Assembly (NCBI GenBank): GCA_964359975.1
Contig: CAYHWZ010000001.1
Location: 1-24,409 of the forward strand
Length of the DNA: 24,409 nucleotides
Reading direction: 5' to 3'
Source of the DNA: an uncultured Elusimicrobia bacterium
Lineage (GTDB): Bacteria; Elusimicrobiota; Elusimicrobia; 2-02-FULL-39-32
Of this stretch, positions 16,830-24,409 are shown piece after piece (the stretch's first letter is position 1; each line of letters opens with the position of its first letter). The notes beneath the pieces are model-generated. The model was not told the origin of the DNA. It saw only the letters and a program-made list of their open reading frames with translations, and did no database searches. The position numbers were made by a program, and so were the translations under genes.

Positions 16830-18171
16830 ATCACCGTCTAAAAAGGGCGCGTCCATCTCAAGCAAAGAGATAGGCGAATTGCGCGCACAGTATTTGCTTC
16901 CGTCGAGCAACACTTATTTCAGCGAACCCGTCAACATTGTCAAAGGTCAGATGCAGTATGTTTTTGACGACCGGGGCAAGAAATATCTGGACGCGTTCAG
17001 CGCAGTGGTCACTATTTCTGTCGGGCATTGCCACCCGGACATTGTTCCGAAAATCCAGAAACAGGTCGGCGAACTCCAGCACATGACCACGCTGTACCAT
17101 CATCCCGCTCTCGCGCTCTATTCGAAGAAAATGGCCGAAGTGGCGAAAAAAGCCAACCCGGACCTGGGTGTCTCATTCTTTACCAATGCCGGATGCGAAG
17201 CCAACGAGCTCGCAGCCCTGCTTGCGAAAAATTATACCGGACGCACTGAGTTTATCAGCTTGCGCCACTCGTTCCACGGACGCACACTCATGGCCATGTC
17301 GCTGACCGCGCAGTCTGTCTGGCGGCATTCCACACCGTACGTGTTCGGCGTGTACCATGCGCCGTCGAACTACACTTACCGTCGGCCCGCAGGCATGACG
17401 CCGTCGCAGTACGCCAAGCAGTGCGCGGATGAAGTGGAAGAAATCATCAAATATTCCACCAGCGGCAAAATCGCGGCCTTTATCGCCGAGCCCATCCAGG
17501 GATTCGGCGGAGTGATCGACCCCGAACCCGAATATTTCCCGCGCGTGTACGAAATCGTGAAAAAATACGGCGGACTGTTCATCGCGGACGAAGTACAGAC
17601 CGGTTTCGGACGCACCGGCGACAGATTCTTCGGCATTGAGAATTGGGGAATCAAACCCGACATCATCACCATGGCCAAAGGTATCGGCAACGGCGTCCCG
17701 CTCGGCGGCCTGATTACGACGCGCGAAGTCGCAGAATGTATGCGCGGCAAAACGCATTTCAACACCTACGGCGGCAACCCGGTCTCCATGGTCTCCGGAC
17801 TCGCGGTGCTGGAAACAATTGAAAAGTACAACTACATGCACAACGCAGCCGTCGTTGGTAAACACTTGAAAGATAACCTGAACACCCTGATGAAAAAGCA
17901 TCCCATCATCGGCGATGTGCGCGGCAAGGGTCTCATGCTCGGTTTCGAAATGGTGAAAGACCGTGATACCAAAGAACCCGCAGCCAAAGAGTTGCTGAGA
18001 TTGATGGACCTCTGCAAAGACCGCGGCCTGCTCATCGGAAAAGGCGGCATGGCAGCCAACACTGTCCGCATCAAACCTCCGCTCTGCATAACAAAAGAAG
18101 ACTCCGACTTCACCGCCAACATCCTCGACGAAACACTAAGCATGGTGGAAAAAGAAGCTGGGATAAAGTAA
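16798..18171 (+). CDS. Class-III PLP aminotransferase (AGXT2/beta-alanine aminotransferase-like)
   Basis: YLDAFSAV, GCEANELA, SFHGRT, AEPIQG, IADEVQTGFGRTG, TMAKGIGNG (PLP Lys), NTYGGNP, GDVRGKGLMLG; ATG at 16798 with RBS GGAGA. Confidence 0.92.
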   Translation: MPKANTSSTVESPSKKGASISSKEIGELRAQYLLPSSNTYFSEPVNIVKGQMQYVFDDRGKKYLDAFSAVVTISVGHCHPDIVPKIQKQVGELQHMTTLYHHPALALYSKKMAEVAKKANPDLGVSFFTNAGCEANELAALLAKNYTGRTEFISLRHSFHGRTLMAMSLTAQSVWRHSTPYVFGVYHAPSNYTYRRPAGMTPSQYAKQCADEVEEIIKYSTSGKIAAFIAEPIQGFGGVIDPEPEYFPRVYEIVKKYGGLFIADEVQTGFGRTGDRFFGIENWGIKPDIITMAKGIGNGVPLGGLITTREVAECMRGKTHFNTYGGNPVSMVSGLAVLETIEKYNYMHNAAVVGKHLKDNLNTLMKKHPIIGDVRGKGLMLGFEMVKDRDTKEPAAKELLRLMDLCKDRGLLIGKGGMAANTVRIKPPLCITKEDSDFTANILDETLSMVEKEAGIK

Positions 18172-18187
18172 CCCGTCGCAAGAAACC

Positions 18188-18210
18188 CCCTCTCCTCATC
18201 GAGGAGAGGG
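18188..18210. repeat. Short palindrome after the aminotransferase (terminator-like or dispersed repeat)
   Basis: CCCTCTCCTC-ATC-GAGGAGAGGG, perfect 10-bp stem, no U-tract. Confidence 0.75.
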
Positions 18211-18300
18211 ATAGGGTGATGAGTTTATTCACATAGCATTGGACAAGAAATCTGAATTCGTTCTCCATGTTGTCAAAGTGCATGCCCTATTCTAAGAGAT

Positions 18301-18969
18301 ATGGATTTAACTAACTTCTACTATTTTTATTCAACCATTGCTCAAGTATTCGCGGCCATATTGGGAGTCATTGGCTTATTTGCGGTTTTTCTCATCGAAA
18401 ATATAAGAAGCAGGATTAACACAGACACAGATAAACTGTGGTACATTTTGGGGGATTTTGGAATATTTCCCGATGAAATGCCAAAATATAGGTTTGATGA
18501 GAAGCGGAAAGCGGAAGCCCGAAAGCTATTTCCTTACACTACTGAGTCGCTTTTAGCAAAACGAGCGGAATTAGAAAGAATGATTGATAACTGTCAAAAA
18601 GATATTGAAAAGCAGGAAATGGAATTACGACAAAAACAAGAACAAAACCAAAACTTTAATATGCAGAGCGGGACTATAAATATAGATGATGCAAAAAAGA
18701 CGAAATTTGAACGCGAATCGTTGCTACAGCAAATATGTGTTCTTGAATCTTTGATAGAGAAGGAGAGGACGATAGTAGATAGATTAGGAACGCCAACATA
18801 TTTTGTGGGCTTAATAATTGTACTCGCGCTTTGCGGGATTTTTGTCCTGCCTTGGATGCAAATATTCCCAGCCGTACTTTGGTGGTTAGCGGGGACGGTG
18901 CATTGTCTGTCAGTTATTGCTATTTTTGTTGTTATATACAAGGTGATTAGTTGGGTAAGAATGAAATAG
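18301..18969 (+). CDS. Hypothetical membrane protein (N-terminal TM, coiled coil, two C-terminal TMs)
   Basis: AT-rich 222-aa ORF; hydrophobic segments at both ends around an E/K/Q-rich heptad region. Confidence 0.75.
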   Translation: MDLTNFYYFYSTIAQVFAAILGVIGLFAVFLIENIRSRINTDTDKLWYILGDFGIFPDEMPKYRFDEKRKAEARKLFPYTTESLLAKRAELERMIDNCQKDIEKQEMELRQKQEQNQNFNMQSGTINIDDAKKTKFERESLLQQICVLESLIEKERTIVDRLGTPTYFVGLIIVLALCGIFVLPWMQIFPAVLWWLAGTVHCLSVIAIFVVIYKVISWVRMK

Positions 18970-19066
18970 TTCCAATAGTTTACAGGACCTTCATAACTAT
19001 TGGGCGGTGAAATCGGCATGGAAAAGAAGAGGAAAATATTGAAGGTGCGGCGTTCTGCGCCGAAGT

Positions 19067-19471
19067 TTAAAAGGGTGTGGTATGGAACCCGGCAGATTTA
19101 AAATGTCGGTCGAAGGTGAAAACTCTCTTTATTTTGTGTCTGTGCATCAGGACAAAGGAAATACAATCTGTAAAGCTGATTTTTTGATCCGCATACTTTT
19201 TGAATAGGTTCACTGCCTCTAACTCTTCCTTCTGGTCCGGTCTCAATATTTCCATTTCTTGCGAGCAGAGAATGTTTCTGGCGCGGTCTGCGGCGAACGC
19301 ATAACCGGTTCTCCTTGCCAGCAGGGTAAAGAATTCGTCCAAGACAAAATTGCTCGTGATGCATTGTTCCCTGCTCTTGTAAAACTTGTCCCATAAATCC
19401 GACGCAGTTTTGTGATACTGGTCGTGATCAATGTACCGGGCAAGAAATGGTCCGGTATCAATAAAAATCAT
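19067..19471 (-). CDS. vapC: PIN-domain (VapC-type) toxin
   Basis: MIFIDTG, TSNFVLDEF, SFTDCISF, VFTFDRHF (PIN acidic residues); start at 19471, ATGA overlap with the antitoxin stop. Confidence 0.9.
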   Translation of the reverse strand: MIFIDTGPFLARYIDHDQYHKTASDLWDKFYKSREQCITSNFVLDEFFTLLARRTGYAFAADRARNILCSQEMEILRPDQKEELEAVNLFKKYADQKISFTDCISFVLMHRHKIKRVFTFDRHFKSAGFHTTPF

Positions 19472-19710
19472 CCGGCATCCCCGTAAAGATATTCGTCGTG
19501 CTTTTTTGACAAGTCTCGCGGGGCAGGTCCCTTGAAAACCACGGTGTCCGCCCAAAATGAGTCGGATTTTGATGATTTGGAAGGAATGTCCTTGAGACCT
19601 CTGTCCAGCGATTCCCGAATCAGCTGTCCGAGGGACTGGCTGTGAGCGTGAGCATGTTGCAGCGCCCTCATTTTAAGTTCGTCCGGCAGCATTATAGTTG
19701 TTCTAATCAT
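19468..19710 (-). CDS. CopG/RHH-type antitoxin (VapB-type)
   Basis: MIRTTIMLPDELK...SLGQLIRESLD...DLSKKHDEYLYG; RBS GGAGG; coupled to the PIN gene. Confidence 0.85.
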   Translation of the reverse strand: MIRTTIMLPDELKMRALQHAHAHSQSLGQLIRESLDRGLKDIPSKSSKSDSFWADTVVFKGPAPRDLSKKHDEYLYGDAG

Positions 19711-19732
19711 GAGTAAGACCTCCGATACCACC

Positions 19733-19799
19733 ATAATGACATATGCATAACCTAGCGTCAAGCCCCAGACTTGACATTATGTCCCAATAAGTGTAGAAT
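19733..19799. promoter_or_regulatory. Back-to-back divergent sigma70-type promoters (vapBC leftward, SLT operon rightward)
   Basis: Minus: TTGACG (19756-19761)-17-CATTAT (19733-19738). Plus: TTGACA (19771-19776)-17-TAGAAT (19794-19799). Confidence 0.7.
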
Positions 19800-19839
19800 T
19801 TACCCGAATTAAATGTTCCGTGCCCTGAACAGGCCGGAA

Positions 19840-19930
19840 CACTGACAAAGGTATCCCTCGAGAGATCGGGGCGCACACGCAAAACTTAGGGTCCGCCGGG
19901 GAAGGCAGGACAGCCGGGTTGCCAGAGAAT
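19840..19930 (+). ncRNA. c-di-GMP-I (GEMM-I)-like riboswitch aptamer, atypical 5' half
   Basis: GCAAAAC-TTAGG-GTCC-GCC(GGGGAA)GGC-A-GGAC-AGCC-GGGT-TGCC matches the GEMM-I P3/junction pattern; P2 has a GNRA loop (TC-GAGA-GA); lies in a ~180-nt leader between promoter and ATG. Confidence 0.7.
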
Positions 19931-19955
19931 CACATTATGGCGGCCCGGATTTTTT
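19914..19955 (+). terminator. Intrinsic terminator overlapping the aptamer 3' end (expression platform)
   Basis: CCGGGTTGCCA (19914-19924) pairs with TGGCGGCCCGG (19938-19948), 11 bp with two G-U, followed by ATTTTTT. Confidence 0.75.
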
Positions 19956-19985
19956 ATGTCCCCGCCCAAATAAAAGGAGCCCGAA

Positions 19986-20699
19986 ATGACTGCACGAAAG
20001 AAATTGACCGAAGTGGATAGAATGCTGAAACAGCAAACCCCTCACAAAATGAAAGCCCTTGAGAACGCATCCAGGCATTTTGATAAGTTTGATAAAATAA
20101 CCGTAAATACACTTGAGGCCATTTACGGACAGGAAAGCAGTTTCGGTACGAATCGTGGAGTACGAGGAATAGTCGGAGCCGCAGGTGACTTTCAATTGGA
20201 GAGGAAAACTGCCATCCGGTATGGCCTGATTGTCACCCCCAAAAATGACCAGCGTTTTGACGTGGACAACGCATCAGACGCATCTGCCAGATATTTGAAA
20301 GATCTGGACAGATATTTCTCGAAAGCGACCCGTCTTATAGGACAGATTCGCACTGTTCCAATAGATGATTCGGACGAAAGATTGAAGTTCGTAATAGCAT
20401 CATTCAATGCCGGAGAGGGGAGAATTGCGCGCGCACAGGACGTAGCGAAAAAGATGGGCAAGAATCCAGAAGTGTGGGATGATGTCAGAAAATATCTTTC
20501 AAAAGCGGGTGCAACCGCAGAAAAAGTCAAGGAAATTAAGGACTATGTGGAAAAGGTGCAGCAATATGAGAAGGAATTTGCCTTGAAGTCGAAAGCAGAC
20601 AAAAGTGTCAAACATAAAGATCCAATAAAACTTAAGCAGAGTTCGGAAATCGGAGAGTGGATTACCAAGGATGAACGGCCTGTATTCATAGGGAGATAA
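19986..20699 (+). CDS. Lytic transglycosylase (SLT domain, MltF-like motifs), no signal peptide
   Basis: QESSF (catalytic Glu50), AAGDFQL, ASFNAGEG, KDYVEKV; charged N-terminus; RBS AAGGAG. Confidence 0.85.
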   Translation: MTARKKLTEVDRMLKQQTPHKMKALENASRHFDKFDKITVNTLEAIYGQESSFGTNRGVRGIVGAAGDFQLERKTAIRYGLIVTPKNDQRFDVDNASDASARYLKDLDRYFSKATRLIGQIRTVPIDDSDERLKFVIASFNAGEGRIARAQDVAKKMGKNPEVWDDVRKYLSKAGATAEKVKEIKDYVEKVQQYEKEFALKSKADKSVKHKDPIKLKQSSEIGEWITKDERPVFIGR

Positions 20700-20703
20700 T
20701 CCA

Positions 20704-22053
20704 ATGAAGATGCTTATTCTCCACTTGGTGACCGTGCTTTTTGTCATTACGGGATATCCCGGCGCCGGTCAAGAACCGGAATCAGATTCCTGCACACAGC
20801 AGTATTTCAAACTGGATGCAGAATATTTGGGATGCTTGAAATCGGATCCGATTGCAGGATTTATCCGACAAAGTTTTGACGACTTCTTGAAGGGAAAAAA
20901 ATGCGAAAACTGTTCCACGCTGTGGGATCGCGCTGAAAAGTTCCGCTCCATTCTCTCCAACAAAATCATGCTGCTGGAGGTCTGGGAAGGTCATTTCGGC
21001 GGGTGGTTTGTGATGATTGCCGTGGACGCTCCGAAAATGCGCTTTCTGGAACTGTGGGTTTATGAGATTGATGAAAAAGAATACCAAATCAGGCACCTGG
21101 AAGAAATGACCCTGAAACAGGAGGAGGTATTTCAGCTTCAGAAGTTGAGAGAGGAACCGTACCCGCGGTTCTGGTTGAAAAGCGGGGCAAAACGCGCGTC
21201 AATCGACCCGCAGATTAATGACGCCGGAAACCCGGACGATTTTCCAGTACATTCGGAATCTGACGGATACAGGTTCCGGGTGGATACGGCATCGTCCGCA
21301 TCGGCTGCGTTTTTCAAATCTCTGGACGATATTTTCAGCAAAGAAACAGATCTCGGTATCAAATTCAGATCCTATCCGGTACTGGACCAGGAGGAACGGA
21401 TAAAGTTCAGTTTGGGGGCATTTAACGCGGGCGAAGCCAGAATCGCAAGCGCTCAACTGCGGACCTTAAAACTGAACGAAGACCCGTCCGTCTGGGAAGA
21501 AGTCAAGGAGCGTCTGACTTTTTCCGGTGCAACGCCGGGCAGATCATTCCAAACCAGGAGCTTTGTAGACCGTATGTACCGACAGAGCAAAAGCCGCGCT
21601 GATTCCGCAGGTACACCCAAGGATCCGTCAGACGAGTCGGGGAGCTTCCGCCTGAATGCATCCTGTATGAACATGGATTTCAAACTGGATCAGGACTACC
21701 TGGCTTGTATGAGAGCGGATCCGATTGCAGATTTCTTGCGACGGAGTTTCAACGAATACTTGAAGTGCAGCCCGAGCCAGGAGTGCGCGCCTTTGCTCAA
21801 ATACGCGGACAAGTACCGGATACTGCTGTCGGGAAAGTTCATGATCCTTGAAATCAGAGAAAGAGACGAAGACGGGTTCACAGCGGTGATCGTGTTTCCT
21901 GATCCTGAAGTGCGGTTCTTAAGACTATGGGTTTATAATCTGGATGAGAACGAGTACGAGCTCCGTCATATCGAAGAGTTGTTTGCCATTCCCGGACATC
22001 GTGCGAATCTCAAACGCCTGACAAAGAATAAATTTAAGCAGTTTCTCTTGTGA
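20704..22053 (+). CDS. Secreted protein with two copies of an unknown domain flanking a truncated, non-catalytic SLT fragment
   Basis: Hydrophobic signal (aa 1-22); aa 29-134 vs 320-425 are 49/106 identical, ungapped; aa 190-291 vs SLT aa 90-191 are 44/102 identical, ungapped. Confidence 0.85.
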   Translation: MKMLILHLVTVLFVITGYPGAGQEPESDSCTQQYFKLDAEYLGCLKSDPIAGFIRQSFDDFLKGKKCENCSTLWDRAEKFRSILSNKIMLLEVWEGHFGGWFVMIAVDAPKMRFLELWVYEIDEKEYQIRHLEEMTLKQEEVFQLQKLREEPYPRFWLKSGAKRASIDPQINDAGNPDDFPVHSESDGYRFRVDTASSASAAFFKSLDDIFSKETDLGIKFRSYPVLDQEERIKFSLGAFNAGEARIASAQLRTLKLNEDPSVWEEVKERLTFSGATPGRSFQTRSFVDRMYRQSKSRADSAGTPKDPSDESGSFRLNASCMNMDFKLDQDYLACMRADPIADFLRRSFNEYLKCSPSQECAPLLKYADKYRILLSGKFMILEIRERDEDGFTAVIVFPDPEVRFLRLWVYNLDENEYELRHIEELFAIPGHRANLKRLTKNKFKQFLL

Positions 22054-24409
22054 CTACTGGTAAGTGAGTATCAAATCCCCGGCGGAGATTTTGTCGCCGG
22101 GCGCAACGAGCACGGTACCCACCACGCCGGGGCGGGGAGCTGTCACGGAGGTTTCCATCTTCATGGCTTCCAGCAAAAACAGTTTGTCGCCTTTCTGCAC
22201 GGTGTCGCCGGGTTTCACCAGTACGTCCACTACACTGCCGGGCATCGTCGCGCCCACATGGTGCAGGTTTTCCGGTTCGGCTTTCGGGCGCTTCGGGAGT
22301 ACTGCCGCTTTCCCCTTGTCCTGCACTTTGATGTCGCGCGGACTGCCGTTCAATTCAAAAAATAGTGTTTTCATCCCGGTCGTGTCCGTCTCAGACACGG
22401 CAGACAACTTGATGTAAAGGGTTTTGCCTTCCTCCAGCTCCACCGCTATTTCCTCGCCCGGCTGCATGCCGAAAAAGAACGCAAGTGTGGGCAGCACCGA
22501 CGTGTCCCCGTATTCTTTGCGGTGGTTCAAAAATTCCATCGCGGATTGCGGCGCCATAATATAGGAGAGCACGTCGGTTTCGGAAATCTTCACCGGCGAT
22601 TTTTTGCGGTTGTGGTTCAGTTTCTTGTCGAGCTCGTCCTGCACCCGTTCGAACACGATACTGCGTCCCTGACGCGACCGTTTCGGAGCATGGTCGCCAA
22701 GCACCAGTTTCTGCAGTTGTTTGGGAAATCCGCCGGGCGGGAATCCCAGGTCGCCGTTCATCATGCCCACCACGCTCGCGGGAAACGACAGCGACGCGGC
22801 TTTTTCATAGAAATTGTTCTCGTCCAGTCCGTTCGCCGTGATGAACAGCGCCATATCGCCCACCACCTTCGACGAAGGCGTCACTTTGATAATATCGCCG
22901 AAAAGTTTGTTGGCCAGCGCATAGGCCTTGATAACTTCGCGCCATTTCGCGCCCAGTCCCATGGCCTGCGCCTGCTCAAACAAATTCGTGTACTGTCCGC
23001 CGGGCATTTCGTGGAAATAAACTTCCGCAGAACTGCTCTTTAACCCCGACTCAAACGGCGCGTAGTAACGCCGCACGTCATCCCAGTAACGCGAGTAGTC
23101 GTTCAATACGGACAGGTTCAGTCCCGTGGAGCGTTCGTGAAATTCCAGCATGGCGGTCAGACTGTTCAGGTTCACCTGCGACATGATGCCGCTCATCGAC
23201 GCCAGCGCCGCGTCCACAATGTCGACGTCCGCTTCAATCGCAGTCAGCAGTGTTGCGGCCTGGATGCCTGTGGTGTCGTGCGTGTGGAGATGGATGGGGA
23301 GTCCGGTCTCTTGTTTCAGTGTCTTGACAAGCAATCGCGCGGAAAACGGGCGCAAGAGTCCGGCCATGTCCTTGATGCCGAGGATATGCGCGCCGGCTTT
23401 TTCAAATTCTTTTGCAAGTTTCACGTAATATTTGAGAGAGTACTTGTTCCGTTTCGGGTCCTCGATATTGCCCGTGTAGCAGAGGGCGGGTTCGGCGATT
23501 TTGCCGCATTTCAATACAGCGTCCATGGCCGGGCGCACGTTCCGCACTATATTGAACGAGTCGAATATGCGGAATATGTCCATCCCCGTATCTGCCGCAG
23601 TCTTCACAAAATGCTGCACGACTTTGTCCGGATAGCTGGCGTACCCCACGGCGTTGGACCCGCGCAGAAGGAGCTGGAGCAATGCGTTGGGCATGGCTTT
23701 GCGCAGGACTGCGAGCCGCGACCACGGGTCTTCGTTCAGAAATTTCAGAGACGCGTCGAACGTGGCTCCGCCCCACATTTCGTACGAAAATATGCCCGGC
23801 TCGTCGCGCACCATTTGCCGTGCGGATTGCGCCATGTCAAAAGTGCGCACTCGCGTGGCTAATAGCGACTGGTGCGCGTCGCGGAATGTGGTGTCTGTCA
23901 CCAGCACGCGGTTCTGCTTTTTTATCCATTCGACCAGTCCGTCCGGGCCTTTTTCTTCAAGAATCTGTTTGGTGCCGTGCGGCATTATTTCAAAGGGTTC
24001 TTCCTTCTGGGGCGCTGCAGCGCTCATCGGTACCGGACGGGTCTTGCCTTTTACCGTCGGGTGTCCATTGACGGTGACTTCAGCGATATATTGCAGGAGT
24101 TTAGAGGCGCGGTCCTGGCTCTCCGTGGTGATTTTCAGTTCCGGATGGCGCAGCAGAAAGTCAGTGCGGAAATCTGCCTGCCGGAACTCGCTGTTGCGCA
24201 GTACAGCGCGCAGGAAATTGATGTTCGTCTTTACCCCTCGGATGCGGAACTCTGCCAATGCCCGGTCCATCCGGTCCGCGGCCTCTTCTAAATCGCGTCC
24301 GTAAGTGGTGAGTTTCACAAGGAGCGAATCGTAGTATGGCGTAATCACCGCTCCAGCATGCGCGCTCCCCGCGTCCAGCCGTACTCCATGTCCTGCGGAT
24401 GAACGGTAA
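22054..24409 (-). CDS. pyc: Pyruvate carboxylase (5' part outside the window)
   Basis: Frame open to the window edge (YRSSAGHGVRLDAG...ITPYYDSLLVK); DTTFRDAHQSLLATR, EMWGGATFD, HLHTHDT, HEMPGGQYTNL, KVTPSSKVVGD, biotinyl EAMKM. Confidence 0.97.
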   Translation of the reverse strand, partial: YRSSAGHGVRLDAGSAHAGAVITPYYDSLLVKLTTYGRDLEEAADRMDRALAEFRIRGVKTNINFLRAVLRNSEFRQADFRTDFLLRHPELKITTESQDRASKLLQYIAEVTVNGHPTVKGKTRPVPMSAAAPQKEEPFEIMPHGTKQILEEKGPDGLVEWIKKQNRVLVTDTTFRDAHQSLLATRVRTFDMAQSARQMVRDEPGIFSYEMWGGATFDASLKFLNEDPWSRLAVLRKAMPNALLQLLLRGSNAVGYASYPDKVVQHFVKTAADTGMDIFRIFDSFNIVRNVRPAMDAVLKCGKIAEPALCYTGNIEDPKRNKYSLKYYVKLAKEFEKAGAHILGIKDMAGLLRPFSARLLVKTLKQETGLPIHLHTHDTTGIQAATLLTAIEADVDIVDAALASMSGIMSQVNLNSLTAMLEFHERSTGLNLSVLNDYSRYWDDVRRYYAPFESGLKSSSAEVYFHEMPGGQYTNLFEQAQAMGLGAKWREVIKAYALANKLFGDIIKVTPSSKVVGDMALFITANGLDENNFYEKAASLSFPASVVGMMNGDLGFPPGGFPKQLQKLVLGDHAPKRSRQGRSIVFERVQDELDKKLNHNRKKSPVKISETDVLSYIMAPQSAMEFLNHRKEYGDTSVLPTLAFFFGMQPGEEIAVELEEGKTLYIKLSAVSETDTTGMKTLFFELNGSPRDIKVQDKGKAAVLPKRPKAEPENLHHVGATMPGSVVDVLVKPGDTVQKGDKLFLLEAMKMETSVTAPRPGVVGTVLVAPGDKISAGDLILTYQ

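Noticed and set aside
7881-19761. Longer starts given by the ORF track (8003, 11474, 11797, 15858, 16741, 19555, 19761)
   Set aside because: The extensions overlap neighbouring genes or promoters; downstream ATGs have an RBS, stop-start coupling or family-typical N-termini.
19800-19985. c-di-AMP (ydaO) riboswitch, expected ahead of a cell-wall hydrolase
   Set aside because: The ydaO hallmark segments are absent; the sequence fits the GEMM-I P3 and junctions instead.
19986-22053. Prophage lysis cassette
   Set aside because: No holin, spanin, structural, terminase or integrase genes nearby; the flanks are vapBC and pyc.
22051-22056. Zero-gap convergent stops (TGA|CTA) of the SLT partner and pyc
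   Set aside because: Real but probably incidental; there is no terminator or repeat to interpret, and abutting convergent genes are common.
22064-24304. Plus-strand ORFs over pyc, and similar alternative-frame ORFs over the GT, NCS1, hydA and aminotransferase genes
   Set aside because: They lie antisense or out of frame to well-supported genes, carry no motifs, and are expected in GC-rich coding DNA.

Overview
Chromosomal window from a moderately GC-rich bacterium, with no rRNA, tRNA, CRISPR array, integrase or transposase. Left to right: (1) a partial minus-strand gene missed by the ORF track (<1-1141), in which a RecB/AddB/Cas4-like Fe-S PD-(D/E)XK nuclease domain with a D-to-H change in the D-Y-K motif is fused to a GAF domain; (2) a largely AT-richer 3.2-kb island (1365-4572) bracketed by 25-bp inverted repeats (23/25 identical) with a third internal copy, carrying a restriction-enzyme-like remnant, a Shedu (DUF4263) defence nuclease, a long palindrome, a secreted peptidoglycan-binding protein and hicBA; (3) a surface-glycosylation cluster of three GT-C membrane glycosyltransferases (one split by an in-frame TAG) and one GT2; (4) higBA; (5) a pyrimidine/hydantoin catabolic operon (NCS1 permease, receiver-only regulator, hypothetical protein, dihydropyrimidinase, COG0523 GTPase, class-III aminotransferase); (6) an orphan membrane protein and a vapBC-type pair; (7) a variant c-di-GMP-I (GEMM)-like riboswitch with an overlapping terminator, upstream of a signal-less lytic transglycosylase and a secreted partner made of two copies of an unknown domain around a non-catalytic half-copy of that transglycosylase; (8) the 3' part of pyruvate carboxylase. 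The best candidates for undescribed biology are (7), the repeat-bounded island (2) and the nuclease-GAF fusion (1). All family calls come from motif recognition by eye; no database searches were run.
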